64,000 nt of DNA. It comes from Lingula anatina. Lineage: Eukaryota; Animalia; Brachiopoda. A program made the position numbers and the translations under genes. The notes beneath the pieces were generated by a model. That model searched no databases. It saw only the letters and a program-made list of their open reading frames with translations, and was not told the origin of the DNA. Every line of letters begins with the position of its first letter. The first letter of the stretch is position 1. Below, in pieces: positions 28,880-41,400 of this stretch. The stretch lies in assembly GCA_051362555.1 (NCBI GenBank), contig CM120641.1, forward strand, positions 36,896,401-36,960,400, given 5' to 3'.

Positions 28880-31800
28880 TCAGTTGAAGTGAATATAATC
28901 CTTTCCTTCTGTCAACTGAAGTGATGCCAAGTTTTCCTCGAGTTGTCCTCCTGTCATGTCCTGGATTGAAAAATAAAGCAAAATTTAAATAGAAAATATT
29001 TTCACAGTGGAAGATGACAGTGGTTGCATTTTGTTGTGACAATTTCTTCTCCCCCTTTACCCTCACTCTACAGGCTTAAAGCTCCTGAGACAAAATGGAC
29101 TGCACACAATTTGCAATTTCAAAGGAAACAAACAGATAAATTATAACATTTGCCAAAATATACATCAGTGACAGCATATCTTTACAAAGCCATGTTGCAT
29201 TTCTTACTTTTAGAATAAAAAAAACATTTCCAGTGAAAGAATATATGATTAGTTATCTTTTTTATCTTCCCATCCTACCTGCTTGACACATATAATAAAG
29301 GGTGGTTTTGCCCGAGTAAAATGAACTATTGGAATCTTTGGTTTTGGCATGCACTGAAAGTAAAGATAAATTAAATGTCAGCCCATTAAATGCACTATAA
29401 CATTACTTCAACAATATTAACATTTTGCTGGACGACATTACAGGGTGTTCTACCCAAAATTCACCCGACATACAGGTTCTCCACTACTCTCCCTGCCATT
29501 AGATTAAGCAAACGAAGCAAGTGGAGAGTAGTGTTCTACTAATATAAACAGGGTGCCCAAAAGTAGGAATGCTTATCAATTGACATGCAGCATAGCCCTT
29601 TTAAATCTAAATGAAACATTTGAATACATCTAATTATCTTTGCAATACCTTGGATTCTTCATAAGTGTAGACTCCTTTGTCAGTTTTCTTCTTATCAACA
29701 TCACACAGCATTAGAACCTAGATGGTTAAGACACACAAAAATAAATAAATAGTAGTTCTTTCTGCTTAAATCTAACAGTTGATGCAATGAGACTCTAACT
29801 GACAACTTAAATATATTTACCAAATACATTATCCATACAAATGATTCACATCATTTAATGATGGTCAAAATGAATTTAACAACCCATTCTGCTTTAATCT
29901 GGACACTCTAAAGGGAGTTGTTTACCTTATTTTGGTTGTGAGGCTGTAAAGACCTGTAGAGTTTCCGGCCTTGTTTCCCTGCATTCCAGATAGTAAAGGC
30001 AGACCACTTAGATAATACTTGATTCTCCAAGGCAGACACTCTCAAGTTCCATATGGTCTCCCTGGAAGAAAACAGAAACACATCTTCCTATTGTAGCTGC
30101 TCAGAGATAATTTTTTACAGGACCAAAAAAAATGGAAAATTGTATTATCAAGACACGGGTTCAAGATTGGTTTATTGGTAAGGAAGAAATAAATTAATTT
30201 TAAATATCACACTTGAAAACTGAGACACAGTGATGAGATTTTTCAGACTATCAGCGAATTTCCGACTTTTTGGGAGCAAAAAATATCACTGGCTTAGGCA
30301 GTCCCCTGGACCCCTTGCCATGTTTTTAACTTTTTCACTAAATGACAGTCTCATCCTTGAGGAGATACAATTACAAATCTTTTAAAAAATGATATTTCCA
30401 AGCTTACTCTAGCACTGAGAAAGTGGTAGCCTCTGGATGATATCTGTACATCAGTAGACACTGGTCAACACGATACAGCCCAAGATTCATTTCAAGTAGA
30501 TGATAAAAGAAGATGAGGTCTTCTGGAGTACCCTTAATTAATCAGAAACTCATACAGTATTTCAGCACAGAGAATAACCAATCTACTATTGACTGTGCAT
30601 TAATAACTCTATGCTTACTTCTCTATATCATTGAAACGGATGGTTCATTCTATTGGAGACACTTTCCAATTAGCATGGTAATCAAATCATTTCTTACTGA
30701 AAAAATCTACACATTAAGAGAAACTTGTATCAAATTCGTTAATGACCTTTCCAGCTTCACTGAACTCTCCAATCTCTTCAAACATTGCTCTTGAACAGAA
30801 CCAAGTGGGCATGATGACTGTGGGCCCATGAGAGGTATATGCCTATGGAGACATAATCTAACATTGCTTTCATTTGTTAATTAAGTTTTTCACAAAAAAA
30901 TATTTATATTTTATATGTAACCATCAAAATATATGACTGACATTTCTAATTAGATGTGAATATATACAGATTCCAATCCAACATGCAAAAACTAAGATAT
31001 TAGAAGTGTGCACTTCTGTCAGTGTCATTTATTATCTTCTGAAAAAAAAAGCAAAGAAAATCAGGTGTTAGACAGTATACCTGGTGGAATAGCTGATCCT
31101 GAGAAAGAGAGTTGGCCCAATTTGTATACCTTGAAGTGGAATTTGCTGGTTCTCTGTAAAACTGGCATCCAATTAACTGAAAAAAAAAGAAAGAAACATA
31201 AACATGACTACAAATATATTTACAGAAATAAAAGAAAAAAGCCAAACTCAAGTTCATATAACATATGAACTGCTATCTATCAAATTTGTAATACATACTA
31301 TTCTGTGATCAACAAACGTGTACAATGACATTTTAAGCAACTTACAGATTTTGGATGAGCTAATGCTGCTTTGTATTGCTGCTGAACTCTATCCTTGAGC
31401 ATTACATCATCCTACAATAAAGAAATCACTCAAATTATACCAAAACTTACATAATTATTCATATTTGATTGTTCTGTAAGGATGTCTCTAATGCATGTGT
31501 CAATATACAAATCTAAGTAGTGCTTAAATCAGCTGAAATTATGACTTGAAAATTGTGGTTTCTTAAATACTATCAATATTAATTCAATATAATATACATA
31601 CTGCATCAAAGAAGCAAAGATATGTCCCTACACTTTGTTTCACAGCTTGATTCTTGGCAGCTCCAACTGAAATGAATAACAACACACCTATCACAATGCA
31701 ACAGATCACAACCAATTAAGCAGTCCAGGCCACATCTAACACAATCAAGTAAACTGCTCCCAGTCAAGGAACCCCTCCTTCAAAAGGTAAAGATCACACA

Positions 31801-34761
31801 GATGAGTGTGCCAAATATATGACCGATAAGATTTATATCTGTATGTACCCAGGGGCCTTGAAATCAGTAATTTTTATCTAAATAACCTGATAATCATTAA
31901 GTATATTAGCATGACTTGATATGGTCAGCTACTGTATCAAAACATCCATTCATGAGACTGATATATTAGCTAATAATTAATAATGCAACCTCCTTTGGGT
32001 TGTGTTTCACTGTGTCCCCCAAGGATTACTTTGATGCCTTTGGCCTCCAGCCTGCTTCTCCATTGAGATAACACTTCATAACTCCTGTCCTGAAATGTTA
32101 CCAATAACTTTAAGCTGACACTTTAATTAATTCTCAGTCTCACTAATCCAGATTTTATCATTTCATAAGAAGGCACCTGTTTTAACATACCTCTTTGGAC
32201 CCCACAAAGATGATGAGCCTGGACTCATTCTAGTATATTTAAATTCAATAAATAAACAAATTAATAATGAGGAAATTGCAATGGGTCATAAACAATTTTT
32301 CTTTAGCTTGGAAAATATTTGAAAATTTTTGTATGCTAACATGGGTTTTGAGTGAAGACAACAATATACAAAGCTTTTTTAATATTTCAAAAAAAAATAT
32401 CAGACACCATTTTGAAAAGAAAAAACATTAAGCCACTGACTGCTTTACAAGTAACTGTCACGCATAAACTTTTAATTAAACCTTCAGACCCAAACCTTTC
32501 AAATGCAAACTACAAATTATTCTACATACAGTGCTTCCATCATTAAAAACTGACAGCTCCAAGGTTCCTTCAAAGTTCTGGTCTATTATGGAATGCAGGG
32601 ACTCATTTAACCACTTTTCTGCATTGTAAACTGGTAGTATAATGGACTGAAAGGAGAATGATTCTCAAATTAGATATTTTCTTTCTAACTTAACTTAATT
32701 TTTGACTAAGAATAAGATTCAAATCGAAAGATTTTACTCGCCAACAGTGACATGCACAATTCCAATTGTAAATAGTATCATATATATATCTGTTTGGATT
32801 CTAAAAGGACATAGTTATGAATTGTTTGTATGTTTTTACAGGTTTGCCTTCAATGTTTGGCAATCTTGTCAATAAACATTCAAACATCACATGTAGAGTG
32901 GAATCACAATCTGATTGCAACTGATGAAACCACTATCAAACATTCCTTTGGAAACTTTGCTTGCCAAAGATCCCCATTAAACAAAGTAAACATACAAGTC
33001 TGGGCTTGAAACTGAAATGTTACTTGTGTGCTATATATCCTAACACCAAGAGGAAGTTACACTTTCCAAGGCTGAATTTACACAGATAAGTTATGGCTGT
33101 AACTTGTGCATGGAGGTGATGAGTGAATCTGGTAAGTTAAAAAGTACCATGGCCCATAGGAGCCTACGCGTGCGTCTTTTAGACGCCCCTTTACATGCGA
33201 AAACGACAAGGCCTATGCCGAGTTCGTCTATTACTACAGAGCTTTGAGAGCCGAAAATGGCATGGCTGTGTCTCTTTCGCCACTTACTGAACTCCACAGA
33301 TGCGAGATTGACACGACCCATGTCGCGTTCGTCTCTCAAATGACACTGTTATAAAACATGAAATAGGCATAACGTGTGATTTTCGCAGCTGAATAAGTAG
33401 ACCCTTATAAACGAAGTTGACGTAACTTGAGAGTCATGTCGCTTTCAACTCTTACAAACCTCCAACAAAATCTATCTCCACACAGACGCGCGCGACATGT
33501 ACTATTGGACATGGGTCAGTTGAAACCCTATTAACCTAAAGGGCTCATGTTACTTTCAGCCAACTCTTATATGTCAAATCCAATTAATTTGAAACAGTGT
33601 TGTGCTGTCCCAAAACATTTTTTTCATTTGAATCCCATCATAATTTAGTGCTATCTAGATAACAGTGTGGCTAATTGCTTGTAATAATTATATGGCCTCA
33701 TATTTTTATTTTCAAGGATTCAAATATAAAGGGTTTTAAGACGGTCCTTCTGTTTCAAATTAATGAAAGTAACATGAGCCATTTAGGTTAATGTCGCTTT
33801 CAACTGACCCATGTCCAATAGTACATGTCGCGCGCGTCTGTGTGGAGATAGATTTTGTTGGAGGTTTGTAAAAGTTGAAAGCGACATGACTCTATGGTCA
33901 CGTCAACTTCGTTTATAAGGGTCTACTTATTCAGCTGCGAAAATCACACGTAATGCCTATTTCATGTTTTATAACAGTGTCTTTTGAGAGACAAACGCGA
34001 CATGGGTCGTGTTAATCTCGCATCTCTGGAGTTCAGTAAGTGGCGAAAGAGACACAGCCATGCCATTTTCGGCTCTCAAAGCTCTGTAGTAAAAGACGAA
34101 CTCGGCATAGGCCTTGTCGTTTTCGCATGTAAAGGGGCGTCTAAAAGACGCACGCGTAGGCTCCTATGGGCCATGGTAAAAAAGATCTTGATCTACATGT
34201 GCTTGTCTCTACTAAGAGGTTGCTGATGGCCTTTTGACAACCACGTTTCACCTTTGTTGTGTGGTTTATAAACAGAATTTGGTCCAGGTATTCTGGACTC
34301 TGTTCTCACTGAACACTCAAATATACCTAGGAAAAACATTTCTACGTTAATAAGCAGTGTTCAAATGGGGTGCACTGCACCAATACAGCTAATCGTATTA
34401 ATCCTCTGTATATTTACGTTGAAAGGAGTGCCAGAGCAGTGGTAACCAGCATACACTAGTAATTAGGTATCGAACGAAATCAATGATTCAGTGTTCATGA
34501 CCATATTAATCGAACTTAAAATATATTGTAAACGCGAGCAAATTTTGAACATACACATGTAGTGTACAATCACTGCAATAAATTCAATTAAGGTAACTGG
34601 TTCTAAGACTAAGACAGCGAAGTCATTTAAAAAATGGTTGCGTGCTTGCTCATATTTCTATGCCGTGTGCAGTGAAGATAAATGATCGGATGGATATTCA
34701 TGTTCCCCGTGACACTATCTGCAGATCTTCACTAATTATCAACACGTACCACGTCCACCAT
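28880..34761 (-). CDS. B3GNTL1: B3GNTL1/QTGAL, GT2-family queuosine-tRNA galactosyltransferase, 12 coding exons, 345 aa
   Basis: Exons 34750-34761, 32530-32646, 31990-32089, 31602-31666, 31346-31411, 31081-31176, 30747-30842, 30408-30532, 29926-30061, 29649-29717, 29279-29353 and 28880-28960 join in frame (1038 nt). Translation: [105 protein letters not shown], closely resembling human B3GNTL1. Exon 1 is the least certain. Confidence 0.95.
30228..30359. mobile_element. Degenerate hAT-like MITE in a QTGAL intron
   Basis: Imperfect TIRs CAGTGATGAGATTTTTCA ... TGACAGTCTCATCCTTG. The 8-bp flanks ctgagaca and aggagata match only partly. Confidence 0.4.
33145..34178. mobile_element. Non-autonomous fold-back DNA transposon with about 414 bp inverted arms, in QTGAL intron 1
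   Basis: 33145..33558 is the reverse complement of 33764..34178 (about 95% by eye). AT-rich spacer of about 205 bp. Termini TACCATGG...CCATGGTA, flanked on both sides by AAAAAG. The mirror ORFs 33091..33339(-) and 33984..34226(+) in the track reflect this symmetry. Confidence 0.85.
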
Positions 34762-35408
34762 GGGCACAAGTCTCAAAAGGATTTAGTGCTCGTGTAGAAC
34801 CCACATGGGCGCAGCCATATTTAGGTCAACTAAAGTGTGGAACAGTCTAAAGTAAAAGGTCATTTGGGGGAGAAGGTAAACATACCGAGAACAATTAAAT
34901 ATCAATTAAGCATCAGTTGATTTCATGTTGTGTAATAAACAACAAATTCCTTGATATTTGATAGTATTTACCTCAAAGAAAGTTATAATATCATATTTTT
35001 GAAGAAGTATTTAACAAGCAACAGATTTGCCACAAGCCTACAACCCCTGCAAATACTCATAGACCAATCTCTATTTACAAGCATGCAAAAGTTTGGCGCG
35101 TGTTGCAGGTCCTTATCGCGATGCCTTACGGGTGAGCGGGCGTATTCATATGGTGATTAGTGGATGAATGCGCCGACCAGATTCTTTAACGACCCTGACG
35201 CAGGACAGGCTAGGGAATTACTTTGCGTGTATTTGGCAATATGGACGCACACGTATGACAGAATGGGAGTCACTGTCCAGGAACTGTGTTTTTTTCGCGT
35301 ATTGTGACGCATGTTGTCAGTTTCACTACTATTTACATCGACCGAGCTGCTGTTGACGTGTATTTTACATTGTGTTCCAAAAAATATGTCTAACTTAACA
35401 CATCCACT
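34762..35408. promoter_or_regulatory. Shared divergent promoter and 5' leader region of QTGAL and the meteorin-like gene
   Basis: Start codons are about 650 bp apart and divergent. CpG is locally enriched at about 35090-35360. A YY1-like AAATATGGCTGC motif lies at about 34811-34822 on the minus strand. Confidence 0.6.
34783..34818 (-). other. uORF MAAPMWVLHEH*, in frame with the QTGAL start
   Basis: ATG GCT GCG CCC ATG TGG GTT CTA CAC GAG CAC TAA ATC CTT TTG AGA CTT GTG CCC ATG GTG GAC GTG|gt. The two starts are 57 nt (19 codons) apart. Confidence 0.55.
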
Positions 35409-38400
35409 ATGAAGGTTTACTGGTGTGTTGTAGACTTGGCCGTAGAGGCCGTACTACTGTTTCTTTTGACTTTGACTACCAAGTCGACGGGACAAGTTTC
35501 TCATAAAGGACTATGTGATCATACCATCACGTAAGTACTCGTTTTAAGGAAATTGCCTACTGATTAAATTAAGTTTAATCAGGATTGAGAGTGCCTGTTG
35601 GTTAAAACATTAATCATTTTTTCATTAAGAAGTAATTGTAACTTGAAAATATTTATTCATGTTAAATCCAACAAATTTTAACTAAGTTTGAGGTAAAAAA
35701 ATTAGTTCAAAAATGTAAGAAATATGTGTAAAATAGTGATATTAGTTACCAACCCATGCAGAACAGATTCTTCATTAAAAAAAGGATAATGAGTATGTGT
35801 AAGTAAGTCAAAGAAAAGTTTTCCATATTTTTCATCAATTTTCTAACTGGATACATAATCTAAATACTGTAATCATTGCGTGTACTGATGAAAATCCAGC
35901 TTAACCTCTCATTTCTAAGTACGGGTTTGAATAGCCATTGACTGAAAGTGAATGCTTCTTATGTAATTCATCTGATGAATACATCAACCCTGCCACTATG
36001 AATGCTAGTCTACTGTTCAAAATACTTGGTGCACACATAGTGAATACACACATACAAGAGAAATGTCATGTAAACTGTTCTGTTTTGGTTGTGATGCGTC
36101 CTCAAGACTAGACATGATGTAAGCTGTAATGATTTCCATTACCTGCCTTTGTGTACAATAACTGAGTTGTTCAAATGGCAGACACCTGTGTACAACAAAC
36201 CACTTGTTGAGAAATATTGAGAATGTGGGATTGTGAAAGCCCTGCCCTGTCTATCACAGTTGGATGTGTTTTGTGGTTTCCTATCTTGAATATTGATTTT
36301 CCGTATTGCCTTTCTACTCCCCCTAAAATTGATCTTGTGTTAAGGAATGTCATTGAAGATGATATTTTAAGAAATAGAATAGCAAGGAAAATTGAGCCTA
36401 ATGTAGGGTTTAGGTTGAACGCCATTACATTTAGCCAACAAAATGAGCCATCACTCTTTTTTTATGGGTTCAGGATTTAAAGGTCCAATGCTGAACAAAT
36501 ACGATCAAGTGGCCCTCATGTTTTCACCATGGTGTCCCCATTTACCTCTCTCTTCAGTGGGTTTAGTTGACATTCAATATATTTATCTTAGCCAGGTCTC
36601 CAGCAAATATTCGGTCCCATGGTATGTCATATCTTTTCTTATGAAAGGAGAAGGGCTGGTGATAAAGCAAAGATAGCATTAGGCTCATGTCACCTGTAAG
36701 GTGGCATGTCTGTACTTACAGATATACTATCACACCATTGGCTCCACTCTGTGGGCTTGATAACAAAATGTCTAGTGTTAATGTCTGGAATTAAGGTGCT
36801 AATTGAGATTTTTAGATCTAATTTTTTAATGGTTCGTTCAGCAGATTTAATGGATGGCCTATGGAGTTGTGCAAATTCCACTCTTAATCCAGTGGTGAAT
36901 GACTATATCTGTTACCACAGAAAAAAGGGATAAAAACACCTGTAGAATAAGCACACAAAATGTTTCTTTATTTGCAGGTCAAGTCTGAGTTAAAATGCAC
37001 CAAGTAATATTTATTCAGCAGTCTAAATAGTGCCAAGCTTATTGATCGTTGGGATCAAGATGAAGTAAATGAGCACTTCATGGTTAAAACACACATAAGA
37101 CAGTTTCTAGAAGTTTACCCAAACCCACTGACCAAATAACAACTTATAATGTTGTATGACTAGTGCCATAATTTGATAGGGAATAGAAATTACTTCTGAA
37201 TATAGGCATTGCATAATTTCAGATTTATCAACTTAAGGTGTAGGCTTTGTTATTTCTCTGTGTAAAAGCATTCTGTGAAGTATTAATGTGCATTCTTGTA
37301 CATGAATTGAACTTTAGGCTTAGGGGGACTCAGTGAGGTGCAAAATTGGAAGAAGTATCATTTGTATGGAAGGATAATGCAATCTGTATATATGTATTAG
37401 TTTTCAAGGCCCAGAGGCCAGCTTAGGATTTACCAGCCTCTGTAAGAACCCTTCCTTGTTTTGTCAACCACATATTATTCCCCAAGAGTTGCCTGCTGTG
37501 CACAAATTGTTTTTTCTACAGTACATGCTTTAACAAAATGCATATTGATAGAATAGATTATGATCAGTGACAAATCTCTAAAATAAAAGTTTTGTGCTTT
37601 GTAGTTTTTTTAACAAATTGAAAATAAATTTTTGTCATATTTCCTTTGCATGTAGGATTAAGTACAGTTAGTGATAATATGCAGAAACATTGATGGGTAC
37701 TATATAATCATTACCTGAAGTAAGGCTTATTAGAGATAAAACCGATATCAAGCACAGGTGCAATTAACACTGCATACAAAGACTTCAAAGATAACAAATT
37801 AAGCATCAGTGAGAATTCCATTAAGAAAACATGCAACAATGCTCAGTTTGTTCAGCTTGTGAACAATAATCAGCTTATTCCAGTGTCTTGTAAATTCAAT
37901 GTCTGATGTTCTTTATTTGTAAGGAGCAGTAATTTTGTTTAAACAACTGATCAAACAAACAGCCTTACCTGGAAGCATGGCACCACTACCTTAGCTTTCT
38001 GTAAGAGGAACGTCCACAGTGGTAAAATAAACCCTTGATTTTATCCGCTGCATTTGACTCCAAGATTGAACATTTAATCTTTTTTCTTTGGTTCAGCAGC
38101 ATTTAAAGCATTTTGTTCATTTTCTGCCTAATAGTTTTTCCATTTAAATACCTCATTTCTTGTTGAAAGAATTTATTGTAGAATATAAGTCAGAATTCAC
38201 ATTTGGAATATTTTTTGGTGGAATATGAGACAAAAAGAAAATATTTGAAATAATTTTCAAAGTTAATTATATTTTTACATGCAATCAAATTGATTTATTT
38301 TATTTTTCTTAATGGGGATTTTATATGGTGAAAAATTAAGTTCATTCATCAGGTTTTAATAAAAAGAGCATATAGCAGCAGTGCCCATCAATTTCAAAAA

Positions 38401-41400
38401 TGGATAATATTTTATTTAGGAATATGCTTCAGAGTTCCAATGAATGAATGAACGTTGACTTTTCATTAGAGTAAAGAGAAGAAAGTTTAACTTATTGGAG
38501 ATTTTGAACTTATGAAAATTAGAACTCCTTTGAGGGGTTGAACATCTGCACTTAAAAATTTCAATGCTAAAATCCCACACATGGAGCCAGTAGCACGGCA
38601 AAGACGGATCGTGTCAAGTCTTACTTCCCATTAGCTTTGTCCCTACCACATATTGATCTCAAAGAGTTATTACATCAAGGATTTCAAATTGAAATCTCAA
38701 GTATGGTCTCTTCATCTGAAAGGGAACCTCTTCAATTATAAACTGAAAAGATGTGTCCAAAATACTGTAATGGCTTTGCAAGGCACGTTAGCTTTTGTCG
38801 TTAGAAGTGCAACTGGCGCTAAAGAAAAATCGTTGGCGTAATGCAAAGACATGAACTGATGTAGGTCTACATGACTTTGAAGAATTTTCAAGTATTGATC
38901 ATTGAGAACATGTGGGCTCTCTTTTTGAGGCTTTAATAATTAAGTGAGAAAATACTTAAAAGAGTTCTTTGATTTTTCAAGCAGGGGATTCTTGGATTGA
39001 AGTGTCTAGCATTTTCTTTAACATGTTTCTGAAGTGTTAACTACAGACTGGGGATAAGGAAAAAAAATGAGACAATCCAACGTAATCTTAGGTATTTTAG
39101 TTGTAGACTTGTCCCACTGAGAGAAAGGCTATTCTGACATGAAATGATTCCAAACAGAGTTTGAAAACACAAAAACATCGACAAACATTGCTGTAGAAAC
39201 AGGTTTTAACCTTATCTCATTGGATCGTCTGCCAGGCTGTTACCAGCTTCTGTAAAATTTGAACAAGAGTATAACACCTGCAAGTGAGCAATACTTTGAA
39301 AGGTGTTTGGCATTAGAACTTTGACTGTAAAATTTGATAGAAATATATCACAATTGACTTCTATCTTGCTATCATTGTGTTTAGCTCAGTTATACACTTA
39401 AGACCATTTGTTGGAAATCAAACGCTTTGTATGGGAGATCTCACTTTTATGAGCGTATATAGAGACCCTAGTGATTTTTCAGTAAAGAGCATTTTGTGGT
39501 GCCATAAAACTAACAGAGCTATAGATTTTGGTTCACCCTCCTGTTTTTCCTTGGAGGTCCCATAACATTACAGCCTAGTTGAAGTAAGGAAAAGCTTTAG
39601 TCCTCTTTGAATTTTCTTTTAAAAGGTAGACGTTTACTTTTGAAAGTACTCTACACGCTCTGCAAAATAAACATGTGCTGTTTTTCTTTGCACCTGATTC
39701 ATGCAGCAACAAATGCCTGATTAGAGATGGCTTTGTTCATTGTGTAGCAAACATCCAAAGAAAGTCCCTTTGTGAAATTTGCAAATATATTGCCAGGTAG
39801 ACCAAATAATTCCAACTTATGATGAATTGGTAAACTACCGTACGCACACCCAAAGCTAATACGGCTTTCCGTGGCATGCCAGTACAAAATAAGCCATAAA
39901 ACATGTTGTATTTACGAAAAAACATGTGGAGGGGTGGGGTTTAATAAAGATTCAATCAACTGAAAAGCTCATGTTACTCAGTATTACTGCAGTTGGCATT
40001 CCTACTGTAATTTTTTCCATGGTTGTTGCAAACCATGACATTATCTCCATCCTGTTGTTGTTGGCAAAATGTGATCAAAACAGCAAATAGAATCCATATT
40101 TTCTACATATTTTGCCATTCCTTTAAAAACCGCTTTGAAACAGAGAGTTGTTGAGTTTATTTGAAATATCCTAAGATAACAATATTTGGAGGTTGAGGGA
40201 AGGAGGGGTGTGTAACATCTGTAAACTGATATTAGTACTAATACATATGATTTTATTTTAGATTTTACTGTCAAATTTACCTTTATTTCAAATAATGATT
40301 GCCTTTACTTCTTTTTATTTTCAGGTCAGATTTAAGCTTATATCAACATGTGACTGATATCAGTGTAGACTGTGCTGAGGGACATATAGACTGGAGACAG
40401 CCATATGGGGCTTTAAGAATCACTATGACAGCCAGAAGAAAAAAGTCTCCAATGAGAGCATGCTTTTTGGCATCATCTATTCACAGCAGAGTCAAGTTTT
40501 CCCTTGAAGGACCAAAAGGCTTACAGTATATTACAATTCTCAATAACACACATTCTGACATTAAAAAAGAAATTTGTTTTGACTCAGACGATTCAGTTGT
40601 TTTTTTCGTTGAAGTCGAACCAAACTCAAGGACTTCCATTGCTGGAAAGCTACACATAGAATATGATATCCAAAAATTATACAATAAACTTACAGTCGAC
40701 TCTATGGAGGGTAAGTATTTTTCTTCTTGACATTTTCAAATCTAAAAATAATTATATAAGAATGATTTATTTGTTATTATGAATTTGAACTCATGATTTG
40801 CCTGGGGGGTTGAAGAGTCATGTAGGTATACCAGGACAATTATTAACATGACATTTATGTGTTGCGGTGTGTCCACCCCTTGTTGTGCAGCTATCGTTGT
40901 CACCTCGGTGAAATTTAACTTGTCAGTGGAATTTGACAATGTTGGCATTCTCTTGGAAAACAAAAAGGCTTCCTACACCTCTTTCATGTTAGAGTACGTG
41001 CACTGGGAGTTGCTTGTGGTTGTGGGAGGGGAAGACTGATTGCACATGTAGTTTTCTGCTACTTTTTGGTGGAAGCCTTTCGTCAAATTTATTTTAACTT
41101 CAACCACCTTTGGCACTGATTATATCTTGATTCTGAACAAACAGAACAGGTCAAAACTAGAGTGCTGTAAATAACAAGTAACAGTCTTGCTCAGCAAGAT
41201 ATCCGTTGGAAGGAAGAAGTGGGTAATACATGACGGCAACCTTTTCGTAGTGACACTAGTAGGAGTTTTCCTTCAATCACCTGGTTGCTGGTCACTAAAT
41301 TTGAGTCTCAGATTACCCATAAATCGCAAATGATTACAACTTTGTGGGTTTAAATACTGAATGCTAAACTTTTTAAACCCCCATCAAAGATATATCAGAC

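Noticed and set aside
33091-34226. Twin ORFs MRD(E/K)[10 protein letters not shown].. on opposite strands
   Set aside because: They are mirror images produced by the inverted arms of the fold-back element. They start at non-ATG codons and have no recognisable domain.
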